Assembly (NCBI GenBank): GCA_947305255.1 | Contig: CAMZDE010000001.1 | Coordinates: 8,305 to 72,304, forward strand | From: an uncultured Alphaproteobacteria bacterium | GTDB lineage: Bacteria; Pseudomonadota; Alphaproteobacteria; Rs-D84 | DNA: 64,000 nt | Direction: 5' to 3' | Shown: piece after piece, positions 38,815 through 49,688 of the stretch | How positions within the stretch are numbered: position 1 is the stretch's first letter | Layout of the letters: each line of letters begins with the position of its first letter | The notes under the pieces: generated by a model | What the model saw: the letters and a program-made list of their open reading frames with translations, nothing else | Databases searched by the model: none | What the model was told of the DNA's origin: nothing | Program-made: the position numbers and the translations under genes

Positions 38815-38852
38815 AATTATAATTATGCCAATATCCGATAATTATTTGCAAC

Positions 38853-38880
38853 AATAAAAAATCCCGTATAAAACGGGATT
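38853..38880 (-). terminator. intrinsic terminator downstream of the small OMP gene
   Basis: ATCCCGTATAAAACGGGAT hairpin followed on the minus strand by TTTTTTATTG. Confidence 0.5.
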
Positions 38881-38904
38881 TATAAACATAAATACGGAAA
38901 GAAA

Positions 38905-39519
38905 CTAGAACATGTACCGGATACCTAAATCTGCACTGAAATCATGCATTCCAGATGCAACATCGATATAATTATACCGTGCTGCAACATCTACAGAATA
39001 GCATCCAAACGGCATTTCCAATCCCAACGTCACCATACCAGATAATTTCGTATGATCTTTGCTATGCGAATAATCTGGATATGATTCTTTGGTTTGTATA
39101 AACGCCATACCTAACCCCAAACCGGCAAAAGGTTGAATATATTTGAAATGCCCAATATTCATATATGTGTTTGCCATCAATTCAATATTTTCTGTGGCAA
39201 TTTCAACATCAGGCAATGTTCCAAAATCTCTCTTTTCTTTGCCTTTGGTAAAGAAAGAACCTTCGATTTCGAAACGTGCAGTATCATACATTGTCAAACC
39301 CAATGCAGTACGTACTTGATACATATTTTGTGTAACGCTTTCTTTGGTGTCGTTGAAATTATAGTTCAAATTACCATACGTAGCACCACCACGCAACGTA
39401 ACATACGGCAAAATATGCCACCCCATAAAATTAGTAGGTTGTTGTTCATATCTTTGACCGCCTGCGAATGCAGGAACTGCCAATAATACTGCCATAGATG
39501 TGGCAATAATTTTTTTCAT
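38905..39519 (-). CDS. small outer membrane beta-barrel protein (OmpA-like/opacity-family 8-strand barrel)
   Basis: Signal peptide MKKIIATSMAVLLAVPAFAG. Alternating aromatic beta strands. C-terminal RYMF. Confidence 0.6.
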   Translation of the reverse strand: MKKIIATSMAVLLAVPAFAGGQRYEQQPTNFMGWHILPYVTLRGGATYGNLNYNFNDTKESVTQNMYQVRTALGLTMYDTARFEIEGSFFTKGKEKRDFGTLPDVEIATENIELMANTYMNIGHFKYIQPFAGLGLGMAFIQTKESYPDYSHSKDHTKLSGMVTLGLEMPFGCYSVDVAARYNYIDVASGMHDFSADLGIRYMF

Positions 39520-39646
39520 TATTTTCTCCTTTTGTTGCTGATTAATCTCAACACTTGCATTCTATCAAATGATATGCACATTTTGCATAGGCACCTATTC
39601 TCAGGAAAAATTACCTATACGGCGAAATCCGGCGTATAACGCGTTT

Positions 39647-40321
39647 TTATTTAGATAATTTTTTAATAACAAAATCAGATAGCAATAAACCAAAAGTTCC
39701 GGTCACCGTAATAATCGAACCAAATTCGCGACCACCATTTTTTTGTGGTGCCGCATTTTCAGTTGAATATACAACCGGAAAATCTTTCATTTTTAAATAA
39801 CGAACCATATGACGAATCTTGGCCGCCAACGGACAAACCGTCGTTTTTGAAATTTTATCTACTTTAATTTTTGTTATGTCCATCTTGCGCGCCGCCCCCA
39901 TACTGGATACAAAAGGAACCCCTTTGGCAAAACACCATTTATATAGCGCAATCTTTGATTGAACGGTATCTATCGCATCTATGACAAAATCAGGTCGCAA
40001 ATCAATATTGGTATTTTCATCAAAAAACATATTATAAACATCAACAATAATATCTGGATTTATATCGTGAATACGCTGTTTTGCAACATCAACCTTTGGT
40101 TTCCCAATTGTTGAATCTGATGCGAACAATTGACGGTTTATGTTTGATTCTTCAACATTATCAAAATCAATCAAAATTAAATGCCCAACACCGCATCGCG
40201 CCAAAGATTCAACCGCAAAAGAACCAACGGCACCGCACCCGACCACCATAACAGTCGATTTTTGTAATTTATCAATAGCCTCTTTGCCCATCAACAAAGA
40301 TATACGATGCAATCTATCCAT
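39647..40321 (-). CDS. tcdA: tRNA threonylcarbamoyladenosine dehydratase (ThiF/MoeB-family E1-like)
   Basis: VMVVGCGAVGSFAVESLARCGVGHLILIDFDNVEESNINRQL nucleotide-binding motif. Confidence 0.75.
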   Translation of the reverse strand: MDRLHRISLLMGKEAIDKLQKSTVMVVGCGAVGSFAVESLARCGVGHLILIDFDNVEESNINRQLFASDSTIGKPKVDVAKQRIHDINPDIIVDVYNMFFDENTNIDLRPDFVIDAIDTVQSKIALYKWCFAKGVPFVSSMGAARKMDITKIKVDKISKTTVCPLAAKIRHMVRYLKMKDFPVVYSTENAAPQKNGGREFGSIITVTGTFGLLLSDFVIKKLSK

Positions 40322-41006
40322 TTTGTAAAATCCTCTGGGTATTATTATATATACAATCCGAAATATTTGGATTGTTTTTTATCTCTGATATTTTATTAAC
40401 AACATCCCGCAAAAAAACACCTTCTTTGCCGTCTGTTTCAACCAAAATTTTATCATCATCAATTTGTGTTATACAGCGAAATCCGCCGTATAACACGTTT
40501 TTGCCAAACGAAAAATAAACTTTGTTTTTATAATTTTTAATAATGTATTTTATAACATCAATACTACCATTAAATGCATGAAAAACCATTATCGGCAAAT
40601 CTGAATTTTTATACAATTTTAACACACGAAAAATCTTGTCCCACGCACCAACACAATGAATAAAAACGATTCGTTTTAATTTAATAGCGATATCAAATTG
40701 CCGTCTAAAAACATCTATCTGTTTCTCAATATCAGGCTTATTTTTATCCAAACCAATCTCACCAACCATATACGATGAATTGCATAATAATAATTTTTCC
40801 AATCGTGTTTCGAACCCAAATTCAATCGTATCAATAAACCACGGATGCACCCCAAACGCACCATATACATTATTATCGGAATAGGTCAGATTTTCTAAAT
40901 CACGCCAATCTGATTCATGTGTTGCACAAATTATAGTCCCCACCACATCAGGTTGAAACCGATGAGTAATGTAATCAATATGACTATGTGCATCTATTAT
41001 CTTCAT
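40314..41006 (-). CDS. TatD-family metal-dependent hydrolase
   Basis: MKIIDAHSHID N-terminal His motif and TIM-barrel hydrolase pattern. Confidence 0.75.
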   Translation of the reverse strand: MKIIDAHSHIDYITHRFQPDVVGTIICATHESDWRDLENLTYSDNNVYGAFGVHPWFIDTIEFGFETRLEKLLLCNSSYMVGEIGLDKNKPDIEKQIDVFRRQFDIAIKLKRIVFIHCVGAWDKIFRVLKLYKNSDLPIMVFHAFNGSIDVIKYIIKNYKNKVYFSFGKNVLYGGFRCITQIDDDKILVETDGKEGVFLRDVVNKISEIKNNPNISDCIYNNTQRILQNG

Positions 41007-41389
41007 AAGATAAATCGTGACACATATATATTTTTTTGCAAGCAGGAAAAAAACACCAATTGTTCGCCATTTCTTATATCAATTTGGTTCGACACACAAA
41101 CACCCGCATGCTACACACCTGAAAAAAGTATAGACAAATTGTATATACAAATAATTTTATTATATATCTGCCCCTGTTTTTCAAATTGGAAACAAAAAAC
41201 AGATGGTCGGAAGGAGCGAAAATCAGTCAATCAAAGATTCCGTTGGTCTTTCAAGACAAACCCTATTATAGCCCCCGACATCATCGGGGATTATGTGTTG
41301 CAAAAAAATATCATAGAGATTAATTTCGCTTCACCCTATTTTCATTAACCCCTTTGTTGCAACACGTACAAATCAACCCATTTTCACCC

Positions 41390-41430
41390 CAAAAAAAATT
41401 AACCCCCGCGAAAAACGGGGGATAATTTTT
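41390..41430 (-). terminator. intrinsic terminator flanking tRNA-Lys
   Basis: CCCCCGCGAAAAACGGGGG hairpin with T-runs on both strands. Confidence 0.5.
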
Positions 41431-41506
41431 TGGTGGAGACACAGGGATTCGAACCCTGGACCCACTGATTAAGAGTCAGTTGCTCTACCAACTGAGCTAT
41501 GTCTCC
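41431..41506 (-). tRNA. tRNA-Lys (CUU)
   Basis: Minus-strand cloverleaf GGAGACATAGCTCAGTTGGTAGAGCAACTGACTCTTAATCAGTGGGTCCAGGGTTCGAATCCCTGTGTCTCCACCA. Confidence 0.8.
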
Positions 41507-41583
41507 AGAACCACCAAATCTCCGCAATTATAAATTATTTTCCACAAAATGCAAGTTTTTATACCCACGTTAATCAAATACGA

Positions 41584-42939
41584 CTATTTTTTCAAATATT
41601 GTATTGGATTATACGCCTTGGTTCCCTTACGGATTTCAAAATGTAATTGCGGTTTGTCAACTTTGCCCGTCTTGCCAATTTTTCCAATTTGTTGGCCGAC
41701 ACTGACTTTACTGCCGCGGCGCACAGACATAGAATCCAAATGCGCATACACAGTCATCCAACCATCACTATGTTGAATAATAATCAAATTGCCCATACCC
41801 TTTACTTCGTTCCCAGCATACGCCACAACACCATTTTCAGCCGCCTTAACCGGCGCCCCCAACGTCCCAGCAATATTGATACCATCATTAAACAACCCGC
41901 CGTTTTTAGCCCCATATTGCGACAAAATCTTGCCACGAATCGGCCATGAAAATTTAGTCCCAGAACGTGCAGATATCGCCGGTAACTGTTTTTTAGGATC
42001 TGATGAAATCTTGTTTTTTGTAACCTCTTTCGTTGTTTTCACCGTCTCGAGCGCCTTAACTTTTGCATCTGGTGTTTTTTTAGAAACTTCTGTTTTCTTG
42101 TCCGATTTCACAGCACGCGTTTCAACATTATCAAATTTAGGCACTTTTAATTTTTGCCCAACCGACAATGTGAACGGACTGGAAATCTTGTTCATGACCG
42201 CCAAATCATTCACAGGAATTTCGTATTTACGCGACAAAGAATACAACGTATCGCCCGATGCAACAGTGATTTCTTGGACCGCGACACGCGTCACAGTCTT
42301 CGATTTAACTGGCATCGCTGTCACAGTTTCGCTTTTTACCACCGCTTGTTTTGCTATCTCTTGTTGAACAGATTTTGCCGGTTCAATTTTTACATCATGC
42401 ACCCCAGAAACAGGCGCACGAACCTTTAATTTTTGCCCTATTGACAACGTATAAGGCGGATTCAACGAATTCAATTTTGCTAATTCTGTCACCGTCGTAT
42501 TGTTCTTTTTCGCAATAGAATACAATGTATCACCACGCACAACCGTCATAAAATCAGCATCAACGGATTTTGATTCTGGCCTTTCATAATTTGGCACAAA
42601 CAAATAGTCGTCCACAACCGCACTTTCCGATACCACGGCTTGTTTATCATTTGATACATCTGGTGCCGGCGCAATATAATCATCAATATTTGCATAGACC
42701 AAATAATCTTTGTCTGAACCATACAATTCAGGCGACGCATACACGCCGTAATCTGTGACCGCAGAATTATATATTTCTGGTTCTGTGACCGGATCGGCCA
42801 ACAAAGCCGGATAACGCGTTGAAATAAATTCGCCGATACTGTCTGGAATCGACGAAATTTTCGGCTGTAAATCACAACCGCCCAGTGCCATAACACCGCA
42901 AATAAAACCAACACAAAAAAAGCGACGACATATCTTCAC
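41584..42939 (-). CDS. LysM-domain M23 peptidase lipoprotein (NlpD-like)
   Basis: Lipobox ALGGCDL. Two LysM repeats (VVRGDTLYSIAKK, VASGDTLYSLSRK). C-terminal M23 domain with QLHFEIR. Confidence 0.8.
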   Translation of the reverse strand: MKICRRFFCVGFICGVMALGGCDLQPKISSIPDSIGEFISTRYPALLADPVTEPEIYNSAVTDYGVYASPELYGSDKDYLVYANIDDYIAPAPDVSNDKQAVVSESAVVDDYLFVPNYERPESKSVDADFMTVVRGDTLYSIAKKNNTTVTELAKLNSLNPPYTLSIGQKLKVRAPVSGVHDVKIEPAKSVQQEIAKQAVVKSETVTAMPVKSKTVTRVAVQEITVASGDTLYSLSRKYEIPVNDLAVMNKISSPFTLSVGQKLKVPKFDNVETRAVKSDKKTEVSKKTPDAKVKALETVKTTKEVTKNKISSDPKKQLPAISARSGTKFSWPIRGKILSQYGAKNGGLFNDGINIAGTLGAPVKAAENGVVAYAGNEVKGMGNLIIIQHSDGWMTVYAHLDSMSVRRGSKVSVGQQIGKIGKTGKVDKPQLHFEIRKGTKAYNPIQYLKK

Positions 42940-42981
42940 GTGTTGAATTATATCACAAAAAAGAGATAAATGAAACGACTA

Positions 42982-43686
42982 TCAATCACGTTTCATAAAA
43001 AACAAACTGATTTCGAACAACAACCACATCGGAACAGCCAACAAAACCTGAGATACAATATCAGGCGGCGTTAAAACAGCAGCCATAACAAAAATCATAA
43101 CAATAACATATTTGCGACTGCGCTGCGCTGTTTCCTTTGACAACACGCCTGCCCTGTTCAATAACACAAAAACCAAAGGCAATTGAAACGCAACACCAAA
43201 AACCTTTAATAAACCGATTGCAAACGCCAAATATCCTTTAATAGACGGGAACAATACGATTGGCAACGTTTCAGAATTACTGATATCTATAAAGAACTTA
43301 AACACTATCGGAAATAAAATATAGAAAGCGAACGCCGCGCCAACAAAAAACAAAATCGGCGACAATAAAAATATAGGCAACAAAAATTGCTTTTCATTTT
43401 TATGCAATCCTGGGGCAACATAGGCCCAAATATGCCACATCAATACAGGAATCGTTATAATCATCGCGACCAATGTCGCCAAAGAAAATTGAATCATCAA
43501 ACCATCTGATAATCCGGTATAAAGTAATGCCGCATCGTTCCAGACATTCATCAACGGCCGCGTTAAAAACAGTTCGACATAAGGGCTAAGTATCCAACCC
43601 AACCCAAAAGAAAAAACAAACACCAGCATCGTCCATAACAATCTGCGACGCAATTCTGAAAAATGTTGCATCAATGTCATTTTCAT
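42982..43686 (-). CDS. tatC: twin-arginine translocase subunit TatC
   Basis: Six-TM protein with TatC N-terminus (HFSELRRRLL) and conserved PxLxxxxL segments. Confidence 0.85.
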   Translation of the reverse strand: MKMTLMQHFSELRRRLLWTMLVFVFSFGLGWILSPYVELFLTRPLMNVWNDAALLYTGLSDGLMIQFSLATLVAMIITIPVLMWHIWAYVAPGLHKNEKQFLLPIFLLSPILFFVGAAFAFYILFPIVFKFFIDISNSETLPIVLFPSIKGYLAFAIGLLKVFGVAFQLPLVFVLLNRAGVLSKETAQRSRKYVIVMIFVMAAVLTPPDIVSQVLLAVPMWLLFEISLFFMKRD

Positions 43687-43958
43687 TTGATTGCTTTTTT
43701 ATTTTTTCTTTTTTTTATCTCTGGCTTGTTTCCGAAAATATCATTGGCACCACCAACAATCAAATCATCAATTGGTTTTTCAAGTTCTATGCGATGTTGA
43801 ACCTCTTCTGAAAAATCAGAAATTTTCCAAACTATTTCCCGTATATATTTGAATATTTTTGCGAAAAAGCGCATCACGACCGGCCAATTTTTTGCAGGAA
43901 TAACACAAATTGCGACTAATACAATTACTAAAAATTCAGTCCAACTGATTCCAAACAT
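43683..43958 (-). CDS. tatB: twin-arginine translocase subunit TatB (TatA/B family)
   Basis: MFGISWTEFLVIVLVAICVIPAKNWP is a TatB-like N-terminal TM plus amphipathic helix. Overlaps the tatC start. Confidence 0.55.
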   Translation of the reverse strand: MFGISWTEFLVIVLVAICVIPAKNWPVVMRFFAKIFKYIREIVWKISDFSEEVQHRIELEKPIDDLIVGGANDIFGNKPEIKKRKNKKAIK

Positions 43959-43973
43959 ATTTCATAAAACCCT

Positions 43974-44588
43974 TTAATCATAAAAATCATCACCGTCATT
44001 GGTATTAACCGTTTTATGACGTGACAATTGAAAATAATTTTTTCCAAAATCCGTCTTAGGTACCAAATCATTAAACACAACATCTGTTTTATTAGACGTC
44101 GCATCAACCACAGACCACGATTTTAACACAACCGGCGATTTATTAAATACGACCGTCATATGCCCCAAACCTTCTTGGTCACGCAAATTCATTTTTAATG
44201 AAAAAGTATTTTTATTATTCGCAGTTTCTGAAACATTTATATCTGCATTTTGTAAATCAATATGACGACGCACTAAAATTCCAGCCGGCGTACTGGTCAA
44301 GGGCACAGTTGTAATTTGATCCAAAGATTTATCGTAAAAATACAAATCTTTGCCATCTGCAATTAATTGAATTGGTGCATTTTTATAATCCAACCTGACC
44401 TGCCCAGGGCGCAGCATAGAGAAAGTTCCCTGCTCTGATTTTCCATTTGCGATTTGTGTAAAACCACCTTGAAGTCCGGTAATAGAATTCAAATACTTTT
44501 CAGCCGCAACCACTAAATTTTTATCGACAGCCGCCCCCCCAGGCATCACAAACAAAGCAGCCAACAAAACAAATATTATCTTTTTCAT
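43974..44588 (-). CDS. lolA: outer-membrane lipoprotein carrier protein LolA
   Basis: Signal peptide plus LolA-like core (GLQGGFTQ...RPGQVRLDY...DGKDLYFYD). Confidence 0.7.
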   Translation of the reverse strand: MKKIIFVLLAALFVMPGGAAVDKNLVVAAEKYLNSITGLQGGFTQIANGKSEQGTFSMLRPGQVRLDYKNAPIQLIADGKDLYFYDKSLDQITTVPLTSTPAGILVRRHIDLQNADINVSETANNKNTFSLKMNLRDQEGLGHMTVVFNKSPVVLKSWSVVDATSNKTDVVFNDLVPKTDFGKNYFQLSRHKTVNTNDGDDFYD

Positions 44589-44591
44589 TTT

Positions 44592-45542
44592 TTACATTCC
44601 CTTAAACGCTTTGATAACCATATCATGAACCCTGTCCAAACTATCCATGACCACCGCACCCGCAGCATACAAATGCCCGCCGCCACCAAAAGATTCGGCA
44701 ATTGAATTAATCGGTAATCCCTTGCTACGGAACGAAACACCAATTTGATTTTCTTTTTGTTCTTTCAACAACACGACATATTCAACACCACAAATTTGTG
44801 CCAATATACCCAAAACCATTTCACCACGACCGTCCAATTTTTTATAGTCCGGTTGTCTTATCGTGGCAACGGCCAAACGCCCATGATAAAAGAATTCCGC
44901 ATTGGATACAGCCTTTGATTCAACCAACACAGTTTTTCTATCTTTGTTATGCAATAAATTTGCTAAATTTGGTATATTTGCCCCAGAATCCACTAAATTC
45001 GCAGCAACACGCAATACATCGCTATGATTAACAAACTTAAAATTACCAGTATCGGTTATAATAGCCAACATCAACAAACTGATTGTATCCGCGTCCAATT
45101 CAAATTTAGCAGCATGCGCAACATCATAAATAATTTGCGATGCAGAAGCCTTTTCCGGATTATCGAAACACAAATCACCAATTGTATCATCGTTAAAATG
45201 ATGATCAAATTCTATGACAAAATCCGCCGCATTAACAAATTTTTCAGCCCCACCCAAATGCAATTTAGTTCCATAATCGACCAATATATATAAATCAAAT
45301 TTTTTATTTTCAGGAACATTACCATAATATTGCACTTCTTTGCGCAAAGGCACCTTATCTAAATCACGGGGAATATTGCCATCATAAATAACAGTCGCAG
45401 TTTTATTAAAATTTAATTTAATTATCTTCATCAATGCCAACGCAGAACATATAGAATCCCCGTCTGGGTTTTTATGTCCAGATATAGCGATTGATTTCGC
45501 GTTTTTTATTTTTTCTATTAAAACATTTATCTTTTTGTTCAT
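44592..45542 (-). CDS. nrnA: DHH/DHHA1 phosphoesterase NrnA (oligoribonuclease/pAp phosphatase)
   Basis: ISGHKNPDGDSICSALAL is the DHH motif I. GGGH is the DHHA1 motif. Confidence 0.7.
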   Translation of the reverse strand: MNKKINVLIEKIKNAKSIAISGHKNPDGDSICSALALMKIIKLNFNKTATVIYDGNIPRDLDKVPLRKEVQYYGNVPENKKFDLYILVDYGTKLHLGGAEKFVNAADFVIEFDHHFNDDTIGDLCFDNPEKASASQIIYDVAHAAKFELDADTISLLMLAIITDTGNFKFVNHSDVLRVAANLVDSGANIPNLANLLHNKDRKTVLVESKAVSNAEFFYHGRLAVATIRQPDYKKLDGRGEMVLGILAQICGVEYVVLLKEQKENQIGVSFRSKGLPINSIAESFGGGGHLYAAGAVVMDSLDRVHDMVIKAFKGM

Positions 45543-47320
45543 AATGCAATGTCTTCTAATGTAAACTGAGCGCTGACGCGGCCGTTGTATTCGTTTTCTT
45601 TTAATTTGCCTAACATCATTATTTTAGTATTTGTATTCGCATCGTCCAGTAAAAAATCACCAACCGGCGTTCCAACTAAATTAAACCCTACAAAATTCAG
45701 TTGCCCGCCATTACTGGTTCGAATTACGCCACGCAAATGCGAACCATTACCCATTGTCGTAGCAAATTTTAACACGCCCCCCAATAAAACCAATGTCGGT
45801 TCTGGATTACATTGGCCAAACGGTGCCATCACAGATAATTTTTTTACCAAATCCATTCCTGCACCCGCCGCATCAATTTGGGCATCAACAACAACCTCGG
45901 TAACTGGCATTTTGCCGTCTAACTGTTCGCGCACTGCGTTTTCTAAGAAATCACAAAAATCGTGTTCGTGTGCAATATCTAACGTGAAGCCTGCGGCCGT
46001 CGCATGTCCGCCACCTTCGGACAAAATCCCCGCCGACATCGCATCATGTATAATTTTTCCTAAATCTATGGCCGGTATAGAACGCCCCGAACCGTTTATG
46101 ACACCGTCCGCCTTGGTCGCGACACATGTCGGCAAATTATATTTATCTTTCAATCGGCCGGCTATTATCCCCATAACGCCGCCATGCCAATTATCGCCAC
46201 AAACAAATAAACTGCATTTACCAGATTTACAACATTGTTCTGCTTTGTTTGCAGCCTCCATCATAATCGCATTTTGAATATCGATTCGTTCTTGATTCAT
46301 TTTATGCAATTTGTTTGCCAAATCATTCGCAATCAAAGGATTGTCCGTCAATAACAATTCCAGTGCAGGCGCCGCAGAATCCAACCGGCCAGCCGCATTC
46401 AAACGTGGCCCCAACGCAAACCCAACCGCATACACCGACGGATTTTTTATACCTGCAATATTCATCAAAGTTTTCAAACCTAAATTTTGTTGCAAGCCCA
46501 TAACTTTCAATCCTGTTGCAACGAAAGCACGATTTAAATCAATCAATGGCATCGTATCGCAAATCGTCCCCAGCGCAACCAAATCAACATAGTTTAATAA
46601 ATTTATAGGATTCAATTCGTTATCGAAAAATCCACGTCCCTTTAATTCACGATTTATCGAAACCAATGTCAAGAAAGCAACCCCCACACCCGCCAAATAA
46701 TCCAGATTCGACGTGTCATCATCACGTTTTGGATTTATAATCGCGTCGGCATGTGGCAAAACACTATCAGGTGAATGATGGTCGGTCACAACGACATCTA
46801 AACCCAACTGTTTGGCACGTTCAACTTCGTCTATGCCACTGATTCCACAATCCACAGTTATTAATAAATTCGTACCGTTTTGGACCAATTGTTCTATGGC
46901 TGCAACATTCAAACCGTATCCTTCGCCTTCACGCGTAGGTAAATGCCACGAAACATCAACACCTATTGCACGCAGATATTTTACAAACACCGCGGTCGAC
47001 GTAATCCCGTCAACATCATAATCGCCATAAATTGCTATTTTTTTGTGCGCACAAATTGCGTCTGCGATAATGCGCGTTGCAACATCCATATCCTTTAATA
47101 TGGACGGATTGGGCATATATTCTTTCACAGACGGATTCAAAAATCTTTTAACATCGTTATCATCAATAATACCGCGCGACATTAAAATACTTTTGACTAA
47201 TTCATCTGCACTATTAAATTTCTGATTCAGATTATAATCATCTGACACCGTCCATGACTTCCCCAGCATGGACTTTTCTACTATTCTACGCACGCTACTC
47301 TCTTTTTTTCTTATTATCAA
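45539..47320 (-). CDS. recJ: single-stranded-DNA-specific exonuclease RecJ
   Basis: DHH motifs (YGDYDVDGITS, VTDHH), DHHA1 and C-terminal OB fold. 593 aa. Confidence 0.85.
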   Translation of the reverse strand: MIIRKKESSVRRIVEKSMLGKSWTVSDDYNLNQKFNSADELVKSILMSRGIIDDNDVKRFLNPSVKEYMPNPSILKDMDVATRIIADAICAHKKIAIYGDYDVDGITSTAVFVKYLRAIGVDVSWHLPTREGEGYGLNVAAIEQLVQNGTNLLITVDCGISGIDEVERAKQLGLDVVVTDHHSPDSVLPHADAIINPKRDDDTSNLDYLAGVGVAFLTLVSINRELKGRGFFDNELNPINLLNYVDLVALGTICDTMPLIDLNRAFVATGLKVMGLQQNLGLKTLMNIAGIKNPSVYAVGFALGPRLNAAGRLDSAAPALELLLTDNPLIANDLANKLHKMNQERIDIQNAIMMEAANKAEQCCKSGKCSLFVCGDNWHGGVMGIIAGRLKDKYNLPTCVATKADGVINGSGRSIPAIDLGKIIHDAMSAGILSEGGGHATAAGFTLDIAHEHDFCDFLENAVREQLDGKMPVTEVVVDAQIDAAGAGMDLVKKLSVMAPFGQCNPEPTLVLLGGVLKFATTMGNGSHLRGVIRTSNGGQLNFVGFNLVGTPVGDFLLDDANTNTKIMMLGKLKENEYNGRVSAQFTLEDIAL

Positions 47321-47338
47321 TGATATTATAATCTAAAT

Positions 47339-49003
47339 TTATTCAAATAGCAACGGCATGATTCCATCTAAGATTGCACCTGCCGTTGGCACCGCATTCC
47401 ATGCCGCGGTTTTCCACCCCCCCGATTCTTTTGTTCCTTGGGGTTCGTCCAACAAAATAAATATAATATATTGCGGCGCAGATACAGGAAACACGCCTGT
47501 GAATACGGTCACATTTCTGTTCACATCAACACGACCATCGGCGCCACGTTTTTCCGCAGTCCCTGTTTTTCCGCCGATTTCTATTCCTTTGACACGTGCT
47601 TTCTTGGCAGTGGTTTGTTCTGCAATATTAAACATAATTTTTCGAATATTTTCTGAAATATTTGAATCCAACACACGTTCACCGCGCACCGCACCAATAC
47701 TGCGTTTCAATAACGTTGGATAGATATAAAATCCGCCATTTGTCACCGCATTCACCGCCAACAATAAATGCATAGGTGTCACCGCAATACCGTGTCCAAA
47801 ACCCGCAGTCGCCCTTTCTGTGGGTCCCCAATTTTTATATGTAATTGCATTTTCAGTTCTGCCAAATTCTAAATCCAACGGTCTGTCCAGATGCAGACGA
47901 TGGAAAAATTCTCTTTGTGCATCATCTGGCAAATCCAGCGCAATACGTGCACTGCCCACGTTGCATGAATAAAGCATGATATCTGGGGCTTTTAATTTCT
48001 TTAACCCTTTCTTTTTTACAACATCGCGCTTAAACGACGAAACGTCATCAATAGGTTTACGCAACGCCCGACGACCATATTTATCATAAATCATCAACGG
48101 TTCATCTATGCGATAATCTTTGTCTTGTAAATTATTTTCATATGCCAGCGCAGTATTAAATATCTTGAACACAGACCCCATTTCAAAATTATCGCGCAAT
48201 AATTTGAATCGCCGTGTTTTTACAGGAATATCATTTATATTATTCGGATCAAAATCAGGCAATTGAACCATCGCAATCATTTCACCAGTTGTCGAATTCA
48301 TCAACATTCCCATCGCGCCACGTGCGTGATATTTATTCATTGCGATAGTCAATTGTTCATGAAAAATATTTTGAACACGCGAATCAATTGATAATTTCAA
48401 AGCATCTGTATTTTCGCGCAAATATTCGTCATATGTGTATTCTATGCCTTCCAAGCCTCTATCTTTGCCAGCAAACCCAACAACGTGTGCAAAAACATTT
48501 CGTTGCGGATAACGACGCGTTGTAAAGATTTCTATTTCAAAGCAATCATATTTATTATTAACACTTTTGATACGGTCAATTTGTTCTTTGCCTGCATTCT
48601 TTCTGATGTATGCGCCGGCCTTTTTTGAACGAATCAGATTTAATGCATCTTCGACACTATAATCCATAGGTGCAATTTCATGAACCAATTGCGCCACCGC
48701 ATCAATATCTTTATCTTTGACACGCGGCGGATATAGTTTGATATTACCTGTTTCAATACTTTTTGTTAAAACAATTCCATTTCTATCAACGATATCTGCG
48801 CGACGTTCTATTTCTGCATTTGTCCGTCCAGATTTCACATAATCATTATGTTGTAATCCTAATTGAATGGTGCGCACAACAAAGCAAAGAAACAGCACAG
48901 AGAAAAATATTTTTACAATACGCAAACGATTCGCGCTATCGCGATTAAAAATCGCACCTTTGTATTCATGTGGTAAAATATCTTGACCAATATTAAATTT
49001 CAT
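47339..49003 (-). CDS. ftsI: peptidoglycan D,D-transpeptidase (FtsI/PBP3-like class B PBP)
   Basis: N-terminal TM. SxxK (SVFK), SxN (SCN) and KTG (KTGTA) motifs. Confidence 0.8.
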   Translation of the reverse strand: MKFNIGQDILPHEYKGAIFNRDSANRLRIVKIFFSVLFLCFVVRTIQLGLQHNDYVKSGRTNAEIERRADIVDRNGIVLTKSIETGNIKLYPPRVKDKDIDAVAQLVHEIAPMDYSVEDALNLIRSKKAGAYIRKNAGKEQIDRIKSVNNKYDCFEIEIFTTRRYPQRNVFAHVVGFAGKDRGLEGIEYTYDEYLRENTDALKLSIDSRVQNIFHEQLTIAMNKYHARGAMGMLMNSTTGEMIAMVQLPDFDPNNINDIPVKTRRFKLLRDNFEMGSVFKIFNTALAYENNLQDKDYRIDEPLMIYDKYGRRALRKPIDDVSSFKRDVVKKKGLKKLKAPDIMLYSCNVGSARIALDLPDDAQREFFHRLHLDRPLDLEFGRTENAITYKNWGPTERATAGFGHGIAVTPMHLLLAVNAVTNGGFYIYPTLLKRSIGAVRGERVLDSNISENIRKIMFNIAEQTTAKKARVKGIEIGGKTGTAEKRGADGRVDVNRNVTVFTGVFPVSAPQYIIFILLDEPQGTKESGGWKTAAWNAVPTAGAILDGIMPLLFE

Positions 49004-49290
49004 TGTTGCACCAACGGGATATTATCTATGTATTCAGTCTTACTGAACGAAACAATTTCCGCCTTTGGGTTTATACCGACCACAGAACCCCTTAAACTAT
49101 CGGCAGACGATAGCATCGAAAACTTAGTTTGCGCCAACGCATATTCTTGACGAGCAGTATTCATTGCGCGCCGAACGTCTCTAAGGTTTTTATTTTGTTC
49201 GCGATAACAAACCTGTAAAAACACAATCAGACAGACCATACCTATGGCCATCACCTTTCCCAGATTAAACATTTTTTCGTCATCACGCAT
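49000..49290 (-). CDS. ftsL: cell division protein FtsL-like (bitopic)
   Basis: Short TM protein immediately upstream of ftsI and overlapping it by 4 nt. Called by size, topology and position only. Confidence 0.45.
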   Translation of the reverse strand: MRDDEKMFNLGKVMAIGMVCLIVFLQVCYREQNKNLRDVRRAMNTARQEYALAQTKFSMLSSADSLRGSVVGINPKAEIVSFSKTEYIDNIPLVQQ

Positions 49291-49321
49291 AAAAACCTTC
49301 CTTTGCTATAATGGTATTTTA

Positions 49322-49684
49322 TCATAAATTTTTGAAAAAACTAATCATAGATTGAATACCATTCAAACGGGCCGCCCCAAAATTCAAATCCAGCCCCTTA
49401 AATTCCACGTCAAAATCAAATTTTTTTATCTCTGCATCACTTTTACCATCAACCATAGCCAAAATAATCGCGACAATTCCACGAACCATCGCCGAATCCG
49501 CGAACCCGTAAAATTTTCCATTATAACGACAAATTTTCACAAACGACGCACAGCCTGTAATTTCACTGCATTCTGCATTATCCGGAACAGCGGCCAAAGA
49601 TTTTCCAAAATCCATAACCATTTCTAATTTTTCAACTGGATTTTCAGTTAACGACAGTGCGTATTTCATTTCATCGTATTTCAT
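49322..49684 (-). CDS. sufE: SufE-like sulfur acceptor protein
   Basis: 120 aa with an internal conserved Cys. Adjacent to sufT and sufS. Confidence 0.55.
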   Translation of the reverse strand: MKYDEMKYALSLTENPVEKLEMVMDFGKSLAAVPDNAECSEITGCASFVKICRYNGKFYGFADSAMVRGIVAIILAMVDGKSDAEIKKFDFDVEFKGLDLNFGAARLNGIQSMISFFKNL

Positions 49685-49688
49685 TGAT

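Noticed and set aside
41180-41300. Possible SRP (4.5S) RNA: GGUCGGAAGGAGC resembles the GUCCGGAAGGAAGC helix-8 motif
   Set aside because: Only a short partial match. I could not build the closing 5'/3' helix or the rest of domain IV by eye. Needs cmscan. Not called.
40917-41348. 143-aa plus-strand ORF spanning the tatD start and the non-coding region before tRNA-Lys
   Set aside because: Overlaps the 5' end of tatD. No RBS and an odd composition. The region more likely holds promoter or terminator sequence.
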